From IMG/VR virus record IMGVR_UViG_3300020473_000024, positions 1 through 64,000 of that record: a stretch of 64,000 bases of DNA; one strand, given 5' to 3'. The notes beneath the pieces are model-generated. The model had not been told where the DNA came from and searched no databases. It worked only from the letters and a program-made list of their open reading frames with translations. This stretch comes from a virus. Made by a program: the position numbers and the translations under genes. Shown piece by piece: positions 47,775-56,800 of this stretch. Numbering within the stretch: position 1 is the first letter of the stretch; each line of letters starts with the position of its first letter.

Positions 47775-47911
47775 AATTTCTCCTTATTCATTAGACATAA
47801 CCCACTGTTGCCACAGCAAGACTAACAGAATCACACCACAAAGTAAAGACATTTTGATAAGTGGTATGAGAAAAATCTGGATAGCTAAATATAATACATA
47901 TTCTGTCATAC

Positions 47912-48163
47912 TTACCTCTTAGTTCCACATGTATCCGCTAATTTCCTATAGTGTGTTAATAACTCCTCTTCCAACCTTTTCATAGCAACAGCTTTATTTC
48001 TGTGCTGACTACGACTACTATCTTCTTTTACCTCTATCCCTGTCGGTATGTGGATGATATGAACTCCTTTTGCCATGTGAAAACCAAAAGAGCCAGAATA
48101 GAGTGCCCTCCTGTCATAGGAGAATATTCTAATATCATCTATGTTTATGACTGACTCAGACAT
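47912..48163 (-). CDS. peptide chain release factor (RF-1) domain-like protein lacking GGQ
   Basis: V.I.HIPTGI.V.....RSQH.NK..AM..L matches class I RF domain 3. Confidence 0.75.
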   Translation of the reverse strand: MSESVINIDDIRIFSYDRRALYSGSFGFHMAKGVHIIHIPTGIEVKEDSSRSQHRNKAVAMKRLEEELLTHYRKLADTCGTKR

Positions 48164-48483
48164 AATAACCTCTTCTGTTCTTTAATAGCCTCTTCTTCTC
48201 GAACATCTGTTTTGTCTGTATACTGGATATATGCCAACCTACTATCTCCATGTCCACAACAAGCATTCATTATCTCTTTATCTCCATCATTAACAAGAGT
48301 GCCTAAACAGCCATCATGCCCTTCTGGTGTTGGAAACTTTAGACATTCTCTACAGCGTAACCGTTGACCACCGCTGGCTAATAAAGGAGTCCATAACTTC
48401 TCACCTGTCTCTGTTAGTATCCAATACCCATCTTCATAGTGGATAGGATGCCCTAATGTGAACGCTCTCACTGTCATAATCAC
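48145..48483 (-). CDS. Cys/His-rich hypothetical protein
   Basis: C..C...GHDGCLG.L...NACCGHG. Confidence 0.65.
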   Translation of the reverse strand: MIMTVRAFTLGHPIHYEDGYWILTETGEKLWTPLLASGGQRLRCRECLKFPTPEGHDGCLGTLVNDGDKEIMNACCGHGDSRLAYIQYTDKTDVREEEAIKEQKRLLCLSQS

Positions 48484-48692
48484 TCCTTACTAAAATTGCT
48501 TTTTAGAACCCATTCTCCATTGTTCATATTAAACTTCATACCTGTGCTTGGGTCAATAGCAGACCATGAGAGATTGCCTCCTAGAGTTTCTAAATATTGT
48601 AGCAGTCCTTCGGCTTCTTCTGCTGTAACTCTCTCTGCTGTCAACCTCATTGGCTTATACACGAATAGCGTTATATTCATACTACTCACCAT
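48480..48692 (-). CDS. hypothetical protein
   Basis: Coupled ORF. Confidence 0.45.
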   Translation of the reverse strand: MVSSMNITLFVYKPMRLTAERVTAEEAEGLLQYLETLGGNLSWSAIDPSTGMKFNMNNGEWVLKSNFSKE

Positions 48693-48693
48693 C

Positions 48694-49443
48694 CTACTGT
48701 CTATAGTCGGTTAGTGTAAACAGCTTTTCAGTCGCTTTCTTAGCACCTGTATTTTTGGTTAGGCTGGAGTTAACATCTTTCTCCCACACACATACAAAAT
48801 CATCGGGTGCATTATATTCACTGACAAATATTGTGTGACCTTCTGCGTGTTTTTCTCGACACCACTGCCAGAACTCATCATGGTTGAATTTGGTTCTAGC
48901 TTCTCTATACTCTTTCGTTCCGTAGTACGGAATATCACAATACACTAAACTATTTGGTGGTAACTCTAAGTCTAAATAATTACTATGGCAGAATTTAACC
49001 CCCTGTAAATTGACAGATTGTTTAACTACATTTTTATAAGCTTCGTTAGGATAATCTCTAACTTTACCTTGCTTAGTTGTAACAACACCAGCGTAACCAC
49101 CGTCAAAAAATCTACCATTGTAGCTACCATTCACACCAATATAGCCAGTCAGGTACGGTTCTGATATATCACCTTTATAGTACATCTGTCTATGTTTATC
49201 ATAAGTCGGTTTATCTATATGTTCTGGTGGAATCCACCCCTTAGATAACGCATCAAGCATAGCGATAACATAGTAATTGATATCAGCCCCAATCCGCTTA
49301 CCTTCAACCTTGTCAATGACGTTCGCACCACCAACAAACGGCTCAACGTACCACTGGTCAGGCTTCCGATCTTTTAAAATAATCGGCAAAATGTGTTTTG
49401 CGTGTCTAGATTTACTCCCCATGTATTTCATATTATTCACCAT
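48694..49443 (-). CDS. DNA adenine methyltransferase (D12/Dam-like)
   Basis: Y.GSK, EPFVGG, YCDIPY (DPPY variant), SEY. Confidence 0.88.
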   Translation of the reverse strand: MVNNMKYMGSKSRHAKHILPIILKDRKPDQWYVEPFVGGANVIDKVEGKRIGADINYYVIAMLDALSKGWIPPEHIDKPTYDKHRQMYYKGDISEPYLTGYIGVNGSYNGRFFDGGYAGVVTTKQGKVRDYPNEAYKNVVKQSVNLQGVKFCHSNYLDLELPPNSLVYCDIPYYGTKEYREARTKFNHDEFWQWCREKHAEGHTIFVSEYNAPDDFVCVWEKDVNSSLTKNTGAKKATEKLFTLTDYRQ

Positions 49444-49855
49444 ACTTCTGTTTTAGTCGTTCGTATTGTTCGCGTTCGTATTGTTCACGCTTTTGTTTAT
49501 ATTCTTCCTCACGCTTTAGCATAAGTTGTTCTTTTGACTTGCGTTCTTCTTCGTGTTCCCGTTTCTTTTCTTGGTAATACGATTCCATAGCTTCTTCTGA
49601 AACTAGGTGTTCAATAGGGATCATAATCGTTTGACTCTCGCCCTCATACCAAGGCTCTGAAAAATATGCACCAAATTCATAATCACCACACTCTGGATCA
49701 ATATCGGAATCTGGGTACATAAATTCGTAATTATTCAATTTGGGGTATATATCTTTAATACGTTTAGCTAAACGCTCCCCACGTTCACTGATTACGGTTA
49801 ATTGCTGTTTAAGTAATTCTGTATCAATATTCATTTTATTCCTCCATATCAACAA
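49433..49855 (-). CDS. hypothetical protein with C-terminal coiled coil
   Basis: GGAGG RBS; similar to 50134-50661. Confidence 0.6.
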   Translation of the reverse strand: MLIWRNKMNIDTELLKQQLTVISERGERLAKRIKDIYPKLNNYEFMYPDSDIDPECGDYEFGAYFSEPWYEGESQTIMIPIEHLVSEEAMESYYQEKKREHEEERKSKEQLMLKREEEYKQKREQYEREQYERLKQKYGE

Positions 49856-49913
49856 TAACTCTGTCTGGAACTCCCTTCAAAGTCTCCCTAATATCCTCAT
49901 AAATCCCACCCTC

Positions 49914-50150
49914 TCACATCTCTAACCTGCATTGAAAGTCTCCGTGACGTTTTAACTGCTCAACAGTTCTATATCCGCTTTGAACCCAAGAGCACCCGCC
50001 CCATACAGGATCTTTTTGCCAGATAAATAAACTTTCATTAAAATACTTACCATCAGCATAGTAGACTACTTTATCGGGTACATTGTCCCAACGTCTCGAT
50101 TCTTCGTACTCTTTAGACGCTTGGAATAATTCTCTAAGCCCCATTATCAA
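49914..50150 (-). CDS. hypothetical protein
   Basis: AAGGAG RBS. Confidence 0.5.
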   Translation of the reverse strand: MIMGLRELFQASKEYEESRRWDNVPDKVVYYADGKYFNESLFIWQKDPVWGGCSWVQSGYRTVEQLKRHGDFQCRLEM

Positions 50151-50661
50151 TCTCCTTGATTAATTTTTCAATAAACCTTTTCCTCTCTTCGTATAGGTGT
50201 AGGTTGTTTTCTTCCTCTACAGCCTTTACCAACAAACCTAAATCTATGTTGTTATATCTCAAAGCGGATAATGCCGCTATTGCTTCATTGGCTGTTGAGG
50301 CTAGCCAGTTCTTTTCTTCTTCTTGGAGCAAATCTTTGAAGTAGCTATAAACCTCCTCCTCTTCACTCTCTAAAATATGGACAGGTATTTTCAGACTAGC
50401 CTCTTCAGTAAAGTCCTCCCACGGCATGGTGTAAACCCAATCAGCTACAATAATACCACCATCTTCTTGATCTGGATAAAACTCAAAACTAAGTGATCCG
50501 TTAATGAAAGCGTAACAGTCAAACCCAGATAAATATAAGTCAGTGTCTTGTTGTACCTGTCTTAGTATATCCCCGACTTCATTAATTTTGTATACAATAT
50601 CTTCTTTACACTTTGCATAAGATTTTAATGTTTCTCTGATATTCATATTAACCTCACTCAA
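50134..50661 (-). CDS. acidic hypothetical protein
   Basis: ORF in the operon. Confidence 0.6.
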   Translation of the reverse strand: MSEVNMNIRETLKSYAKCKEDIVYKINEVGDILRQVQQDTDLYLSGFDCYAFINGSLSFEFYPDQEDGGIIVADWVYTMPWEDFTEEASLKIPVHILESEEEEVYSYFKDLLQEEEKNWLASTANEAIAALSALRYNNIDLGLLVKAVEEENNLHLYEERKRFIEKLIKEIDNGA

Positions 50662-50929
50662 TATTGATTAGGTCTTTTTTAAGAAACTTACCAACCCTAC
50701 TACTTTTAAGTTTAGCTCCTCCTTCCTCCCACACCCAAAATAGGCAATACATTATACCGAACCACACTAGAGCCAAAAGAGGTGTAACAAAACATATAGT
50801 TAGGTATACTACCTCCAATACATTGATAGATAATTTATCATGGTTATTCCAGAAAGATAATTTCCAACCAATATAAAAAACACAGGTTATATTTAATAAA
50901 ATCCACAACACCAAGAAAAACTTTAACAT
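50654..50929 (-). CDS. membrane protein
   Basis: Two TMs; GGAGG RBS. Confidence 0.55.
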   Translation of the reverse strand: MLKFFLVLWILLNITCVFYIGWKLSFWNNHDKLSINVLEVVYLTICFVTPLLALVWFGIMYCLFWVWEEGGAKLKSSRVGKFLKKDLINIE

Positions 50930-52302
50930 ATCTCCTCCATCTTATCAGCTGATTCCTTGTCGAATCTAAAGTATTTAAAGATAGGGAAATGCAAACTATA
51001 CTTAGGCTCACCTTCTTTAGCATTTTTATTAGAAGATACGCCATTACATTCCCCTGCTACAATCATTCCTTCTAGCTCGCCCTTTTCAGCCATAACCATT
51101 AACAACTCTCTATCATGTTCATGTCTTTCATCTAAAGGGATTCTTAGCTTTGTTTTAGCATCAGTATCCTTATCTTTAAATCCAGAGCCACAGTCAGTTC
51201 GTAGCATACCACACTCGCTCTCTAGAATCAACCCTCCTAACTTATTAGGATTTTTCTTATGAGGATAGTAGCCTACAACACGTAGTGCGAAATCAATCAC
51301 AGCTTTAAATTTAACTTGGTGTTTACTCCGTGTGTCCTCCCAAGGAGCATTTGAGTTTTTAAGAACAATACCTTCAAACCCTTCATCAATGTAAGAGATA
51401 GATAACTCTTTTGCTTCTTCAATACTGCTTACTTCGTGGGTCTCAATACTAGAGATAGAATCACTGCCTATAGAACTCACAATACTTTGTGACAAAGCAA
51501 ATCGCTCGTGATAAGGAACTCCCGAAAAACCTCTGAAGTAGTCTTCATAGTCGATAGCATCCCATACAACAAACTGGATGTTCTTTTCCTCTTCTTCTGA
51601 TAGAGTGCCTTTTAAAGCCTTACCTACAATACCATTACCTGTCTGACGGATCTCTTCTCTATCTCCATCTACATAAATAAGCTCTCCATCAATTACAGTA
51701 TCTGTCCCTATCATACTTAGTTGTTTGCATAAGCTAGGCAGTTCAAACACATTGGCATTCCTACTATAAATGGTCACTTCTCCATCTTTAATCACAGCAA
51801 TACCTCTTACACCGTCAGCTTTCTTCTGTGCAATAGCTGGAAATTTAATATTCTTGATATTAGCTGGTTTACTAGGTCTGGCTAACATTTTAGGAATAGT
51901 CGAAATACAGCCCTCCCAAACACTGTTTGCTGTGCTTTCACTACAACCCACCTCTAAGTCTCTTAGGAGCACACGTCTGTACACTTCCTTATCTTCTAAG
52001 GAGAGTTGGCTAAATACCACTTCTACAAAGTCCGAGGCGGCATGACCTCGTAACTTTTGTTCACACAATACCTTGTTGGTTTCCTTAAGGGCTTCCTCTA
52101 GAGAAATACTACCACTTTGCGGTGTCGGGGAAAGCCAGTCTTGGTTTATTTTTCTAATGTTAAAAGTGTAGCTCACCTTGTCATAAGCCATCTGGAAAAC
52201 AAGCTTAAGAGTATAGTTATGTTTATTGCTATTCAAAATAGCTTCTTTTTCAGTCTTTTTAGTGGTAGCGCTAAGTTTATTTAATACATCTAATGTGTTC
52301 AT
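50923..52302 (-). CDS. lig: ATP-dependent DNA ligase
   Basis: KADGVR, DGEL, EGIVLK, K.K, GSG, FP.F...R.DK. Confidence 0.93.
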   Translation of the reverse strand: MNTLDVLNKLSATTKKTEKEAILNSNKHNYTLKLVFQMAYDKVSYTFNIRKINQDWLSPTPQSGSISLEEALKETNKVLCEQKLRGHAASDFVEVVFSQLSLEDKEVYRRVLLRDLEVGCSESTANSVWEGCISTIPKMLARPSKPANIKNIKFPAIAQKKADGVRGIAVIKDGEVTIYSRNANVFELPSLCKQLSMIGTDTVIDGELIYVDGDREEIRQTGNGIVGKALKGTLSEEEEKNIQFVVWDAIDYEDYFRGFSGVPYHERFALSQSIVSSIGSDSISSIETHEVSSIEEAKELSISYIDEGFEGIVLKNSNAPWEDTRSKHQVKFKAVIDFALRVVGYYPHKKNPNKLGGLILESECGMLRTDCGSGFKDKDTDAKTKLRIPLDERHEHDRELLMVMAEKGELEGMIVAGECNGVSSNKNAKEGEPKYSLHFPIFKYFRFDKESADKMEEIC

Positions 52303-52598
52303 TTACTCTCCTTCCAATTAAGGTATAGCTCTTCAAATTCATCGAAAGATACTAAGCTCTTCCTGTCTCTAGAATCCATATATTCTGTCTGACAGTAAAA
52401 GTATGTTTTCCCAGCTTTACCACTCAGGTTAATGTTTGTAACGTAATAAGGTCTCCATCCTCGAATAGGCTTAGGGCTGAAAGCCTCTAAACCCATATCA
52501 TCAAACATCTCCCTTACTTGGGTAATTTGTTTTTGCTCTAAAGGCGCTAAATCTATAGCTACTTTGTGGTTAAATGTTGCCATACTGCTCCTTAGCAT
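52299..52598 (-). CDS. hypothetical protein
   Basis: AAGGAG RBS before MATFN. Confidence 0.55.
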   Translation of the reverse strand: MLRSSMATFNHKVAIDLAPLEQKQITQVREMFDDMGLEAFSPKPIRGWRPYYVTNINLSGKAGKTYFYCQTEYMDSRDRKSLVSFDEFEELYLNWKESK

Positions 52599-53118
52599 TA
52601 TAAAATCTTGGAAAAGCTATACCAGTGCCGTAGGTGTAAAGGATTCCCGATGGTGTTTCTCTAAACCCATAGCTCCCTAGCTCAATACCGCAAGGGGTTT
52701 CTAAATCAATCCCTTCTAGTGTATCTACTAGTCTAGTACCTCTCACACCTAACTGAGACATAACTCTCTGGGCTATAAGAGCCATCTGCTCTGGATTTTT
52801 TTCACTTAAAACGCTGATAATCTCTAGTTTTAGAAATACCAAGCAAGAATCTTTATTGAGCAAAGGCTCAGGGCGGTAGCAAGGAGCTAAGGACTGGTAG
52901 TTACCAAAACCAAGCTGGTCTTCTTCTAACATCTGGATAAAGCTCTGCTCTGAGCTGGCACAATAGACTAATTCAGGGGAGTGGTGTAGATCAGGAATAC
53001 CTTCTGGCTTGGTATGTTCAGAATATTTTTTCTTTATCACATGGGGAACGTCCACAGGGACAAAACCCTCTAATTGGTAAAGCTCTTTAGCTCTACATAA
53101 GTCTTCTAAGCCTATCAT
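52570..53118 (-). CDS. minimal class II aminoacyl-tRNA synthetase-like (SerRS-like) catalytic domain
   Basis: Motif 1 GFVPVDVP, ASSEQ, motif 2 APCYRPE..FLKLE, IDLE..IELGS, motif 3 GTGIAFPR. Confidence 0.7.
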   Translation of the reverse strand: MIGLEDLCRAKELYQLEGFVPVDVPHVIKKKYSEHTKPEGIPDLHHSPELVYCASSEQSFIQMLEEDQLGFGNYQSLAPCYRPEPLLNKDSCLVFLKLEIISVLSEKNPEQMALIAQRVMSQLGVRGTRLVDTLEGIDLETPCGIELGSYGFRETPSGILYTYGTGIAFPRFYNAKEQYGNI

Positions 53119-53363
53119 TGTCTCACTCCACTTTTAAAAGCTCTTTTGGTGATATCGCTCATAAGCTGTAAGTCCTCTAGCTCCATATTAAAATTATTTT
53201 GGACATAGCTCTCTACAGCACCTAACAGATCAGATAGCTCAACTAGTTCCATGACTTTACTACCTTGGGAATGAGCATCTAACCACTCTTTATACTCTTC
53301 TATGATTTTACTAGGCTCTCCTAACTCACCTTTCGGTATGTTTGTTAAATGATACCCAGCCAT
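53115..53363 (-). CDS. small MazG-like (NTP-PPase fold) protein
   Basis: SKIIEE..E..DA.......ELSDL.GA. Confidence 0.65.
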   Translation of the reverse strand: MAGYHLTNIPKGELGEPSKIIEEYKEWLDAHSQGSKVMELVELSDLLGAVESYVQNNFNMELEDLQLMSDITKRAFKSGVRQ

Positions 53364-53364
53364 A

Positions 53365-53613
53365 TTACCTCCTATCGATTTTATCTTTCATAAAGGTATC
53401 TGTTAATCGGATAATTAGATATACCACAGCTAACCATACCATGTGGAATGGGAATAAAATAAATAGAGGTATTTGCCTAATCTCAGGGAAATCAGAATAC
53501 TTTAGTTCCCAGACAATAACGAAAAACCCTGCGATTAAATAAGCTAACAAAAGTATGTACTCAATCATCCTTCCTCCTTGGTGAAAACACCAGCTGACAA
53601 TCTTTTTCTTCAA
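53365..53613 (-). CDS. membrane protein
   Basis: Two TMs. Confidence 0.5.
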   Translation of the reverse strand: MKKKIVSWCFHQGGRMIEYILLLAYLIAGFFVIVWELKYSDFPEIRQIPLFILFPFHMVWLAVVYLIIRLTDTFMKDKIDRR

Positions 53614-53755
53614 CGACTAAAGACTGGCACTCATTGTCTAACAATGGTTGGCAAACAAGCTTATCTTTAGCACTTTGTGTTACAACAGCATAACGGAGGG
53701 GCGAATCAAGCCCCTCCTTGTTAATGTACACTAATGAGTTCTTAGGATATGCCAT
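53561..53755 (-). CDS. small hypothetical protein
   Basis: MAYPKNSLV...; follows the NAMPT stop. Confidence 0.5.
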   Translation of the reverse strand: MAYPKNSLVYINKEGLDSPLRYAVVTQSAKDKLVCQPLLDNECQSLVVEEKDCQLVFSPRRKDD

Positions 53756-53756
53756 A

Positions 53757-55388
53757 TTACCCCCAAAGACGTTCTCGAATCTCTTGGAAAGATTGTGTGT
53801 TAAAAAGCTCCCCATCTTTAAAGACTGTCTTCAGAAGCCCTTGTTGCTCTTGCTCTCGTGTTTGTTGATCGAAAAGGGCAATATTCCCATTCTCGTCATA
53901 ATCTACACGGAGTAAACCTTTAGCAGACTTTTTAGTACCATCGTCTGTAGCAGGATCTTTAAACAGCTCGTGGGATTGTCCATTCACCTCTGCGTAGGTT
54001 GCCTTTACTGCCATACCAAGAGTATCACGGGTCATGTACTGCATCGTAAAACTACCCACACCAAACACTACATTTGTAGAGGCAAAGCCTTTATCGGCTA
54101 ATCGCTCACAAATCTGCTGGATACGTTCATAGTTCATACTATCCCCGTAGATAAGACCTACACGCTCGTGCAGTACACGATAGCCTTGCTCAGTCTCAGT
54201 ACCACCGAAGATGTCCCACAACACTTCGATTGCACCTTTCACTTCGTGCTCTGCTAACTCTTTTCCAAGAACAGCCTTACCTCTGAAGTTGTTAAGTTCA
54301 AACCACTGTCCGTCTATCTTCACAGCCTCAGGCATCTTAAGAACGTTATTATTGTAGTGATACAAAGCCAAGTCTGCTTCAGTAAATTCCTTGTCACTTG
54401 TTGTGTAGCCAGTAACAATCTTAACAGGATCACCACTATCGGGACGAAATACTGTCTTAGCAATACCCAACTCATTTGGAATACGGTTAAGGATATCCTG
54501 TTTCAATTCAACTACATACTCAGTTAATACCTTCCAAAAATCAAAAGTGTCTGAGATAACTGATACAATACCCGTAGGGTAGTCTTCTGTAATCCACTTA
54601 CGCAACATTTCCAGTTCGCCTCGTACAGCAATACCTGTTGAAGCTAGACTGTGTTCACTCGCTGGAACAGAGGTTGAAATAAATTCATTACTCCAGTGTG
54701 ATTTATAGTAGTTAGCAATAAACTGATTAGCTGGAACTGTGTCACTACCATTACTAGATAGTAAGAATGCACTACTACTCTTAGCGGAATCTTGACGGTT
54801 AGACATCCCACGGAAGCTAAAGTCGTGTAGCTGAAACTCTGTACCGTCAGTAGAGCCTGTTGTGTGAACAGCACACTTATTAACAAGCTTACGGTAGTAC
54901 CAGATTAAGGTTGCTACCGTCTGTGCTTTCCAAGTCTCACAGCTCATAATAGTTTCGACAAAGTTGGTCAACCAAGCGAACTGTGGGATAGTGTTCTGAA
55001 TTGTGTAAGTAGGCACTTTAATAGGTACTACCATACCTTCTGGTAAAGCCTTAACTTCCAAAGGTAGATAACCTAGGCGGTGTAGCTCTCGGAAGTGTTC
55101 TGTCTTCTCGTAAGGCATACCATAAACGTCTTTGTAAAAACCTTGCAAGTATCCTACAGCACTATCTTCAGGCATATTGAAGAAAGTGACTGACATTTCT
55201 GTTAGGAAAAAATCAATAAGCGTGTGTTGCAAGCCGTACACAACGTAGACACCTTCTTTCTCTATCTCTGGGATAGGTAGCCACTTCTCACTACGAGGGG
55301 TCATGTTAGAATAGATCAAGGTTGTTCCATTCTCCATAAAACCTTTATGAGATAGTTTGTAGCTGTCGGTTTGAATCATACCGTTCAT
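53757..55388 (-). CDS. nadV: nicotinamide phosphoribosyltransferase-like (NAMPT/Namat)
   Basis: TDSYKLSH, LHDFSFRG, SVPASEHS, FRPDSGDP, IYGD, GVGS, KKSAKG. Confidence 0.92.
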   Translation of the reverse strand: MNGMIQTDSYKLSHKGFMENGTTLIYSNMTPRSEKWLPIPEIEKEGVYVVYGLQHTLIDFFLTEMSVTFFNMPEDSAVGYLQGFYKDVYGMPYEKTEHFRELHRLGYLPLEVKALPEGMVVPIKVPTYTIQNTIPQFAWLTNFVETIMSCETWKAQTVATLIWYYRKLVNKCAVHTTGSTDGTEFQLHDFSFRGMSNRQDSAKSSSAFLLSSNGSDTVPANQFIANYYKSHWSNEFISTSVPASEHSLASTGIAVRGELEMLRKWITEDYPTGIVSVISDTFDFWKVLTEYVVELKQDILNRIPNELGIAKTVFRPDSGDPVKIVTGYTTSDKEFTEADLALYHYNNNVLKMPEAVKIDGQWFELNNFRGKAVLGKELAEHEVKGAIEVLWDIFGGTETEQGYRVLHERVGLIYGDSMNYERIQQICERLADKGFASTNVVFGVGSFTMQYMTRDTLGMAVKATYAEVNGQSHELFKDPATDDGTKKSAKGLLRVDYDENGNIALFDQQTREQEQQGLLKTVFKDGELFNTQSFQEIRERLWG

Positions 55389-55389
55389 G

Positions 55390-56259
55390 TTATTCTCCTC
55401 CATTAAAATCATCGATATCTTTTAGGCTAATATAATTAGCCACTGTTTGTTCACAATATATATTGTCTACCAAACCTTTGAAGATGTCAAGACCTTTTGA
55501 AAAGATTCCGTGTGTTACGTATAAAGAAACAGAGTTAGCTCCAGCCTCTTTAAGGGCTTCAGCACATTTCAAAAAGGTCATACCTCCATCACAGATATCA
55601 TCGGTAATCAAAATATCTTTCCCCAATACAATCTCAGGACTCTCAAGCTTGAATCCAGTGATCCAGCCCGTAGAAACATCCCGTTCTTTCTCACAAAAAG
55701 TAACAGGCACTTGGAACACAAAACCGTTCTGAAGTGTTTTATCTACAGCTCCTTTATCTGGTGCTACAAACAAACAACTTTCTTTTTTAATCAAGTCAGA
55801 AAGACTTTCATTTCTACGGCAAGTATTAAGTAGACAGTCATATTGGCTAATCTCCTCAATCATATTCCTGACCATCACATCTTCTTTAACCACATCGCTA
55901 TGAAGATCTTTGCACAGTATTTTATCAAAACTCGTTGTCCAAAGACACTGAATAAACACTTGTAAAGGGGCTACCATCCCTTCTTCAAAAGGTCGATCTG
56001 CCCTAGCATGAGGAAAGTAAGGTAGGTTAAGCTTTCGCTCCACAGTGGAAGATATATTAGCCTTTACAAGAATTTCATCTACCACTTCGATTATATTGGA
56101 GTAGCTTGCTACTGGTGTATCTGGGGAGATGGTGAGGCAAACATAATTCTCCAGATTTTCTAAAGCTTCCTTATCGATCTGGATATTAAAACCACCGTCA
56201 CTGAACTCTATAAATTTAGTGGAGATTTCTTTATTATCCCCTATAACCTGAATAGTCAT
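55390..56259 (-). CDS. prs: ribose-phosphate pyrophosphokinase-like (Prs/Adps)
   Basis: FSDG, PYFPHARADR, DLHS, APDKGA, DDICDGGMTF, VTHGIFS. Confidence 0.9.
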   Translation of the reverse strand: MTIQVIGDNKEISTKFIEFSDGGFNIQIDKEALENLENYVCLTISPDTPVASYSNIIEVVDEILVKANISSTVERKLNLPYFPHARADRPFEEGMVAPLQVFIQCLWTTSFDKILCKDLHSDVVKEDVMVRNMIEEISQYDCLLNTCRRNESLSDLIKKESCLFVAPDKGAVDKTLQNGFVFQVPVTFCEKERDVSTGWITGFKLESPEIVLGKDILITDDICDGGMTFLKCAEALKEAGANSVSLYVTHGIFSKGLDIFKGLVDNIYCEQTVANYISLKDIDDFNGGE

Positions 56260-56792
56260 ACATCCTCCAATTTGAGTTTCTTAATAACCTCTTCTCTTTG
56301 CCAAGGCAGATACAAATTATACCAAGGCACTGAATATTGTTTAGCTAGTTGAACAGCTGTATTAGTTCCACCCTCTACTCCATCTTTAGTGGGAGGAGAC
56401 CAGCATATTAACACACGAGAAGGTGTTTGTAAATCATCTCCTAGCACTTGGTAGACATTACGAGCGTGAAACTTTAAAAAAGTTCCCTTTAAATTATCCC
56501 CTAAAGGGTGTACGCTCCTAGCAATATAGATAGCTTCTTCGTAGTTATCGAAAGTAGAAGGATCTACATGGAATCTATCTACACTGAAGCCATTAAAACC
56601 TACCCAAGGGAGGTAAGACCTAAAACTTTGCTCAGATATACCACCTTCTTCGAAAGCTAAGTCGCTCCCATCAGCGCTACCGCTTCTACCCTTATAGCCC
56701 CATCGAGCAAGCTGTACAGCTATCTTTGTTTGTAATTCCATGATCTCTGGTGGAGTTTTTCTACTGCCTACTCCAGTGTAAAATAAATCCAT
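56256..56792 (-). CDS. SLOG/DprA-like nucleotide-binding protein
   Basis: YTGVGSRKTP, RSG.ADG.D.AFE, ARN..QV, GGT.TA. Confidence 0.8.
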   Translation of the reverse strand: MDLFYTGVGSRKTPPEIMELQTKIAVQLARWGYKGRSGSADGSDLAFEEGGISEQSFRSYLPWVGFNGFSVDRFHVDPSTFDNYEEAIYIARSVHPLGDNLKGTFLKFHARNVYQVLGDDLQTPSRVLICWSPPTKDGVEGGTNTAVQLAKQYSVPWYNLYLPWQREEVIKKLKLEDV

Positions 56793-56800
56793 ACCACCTC

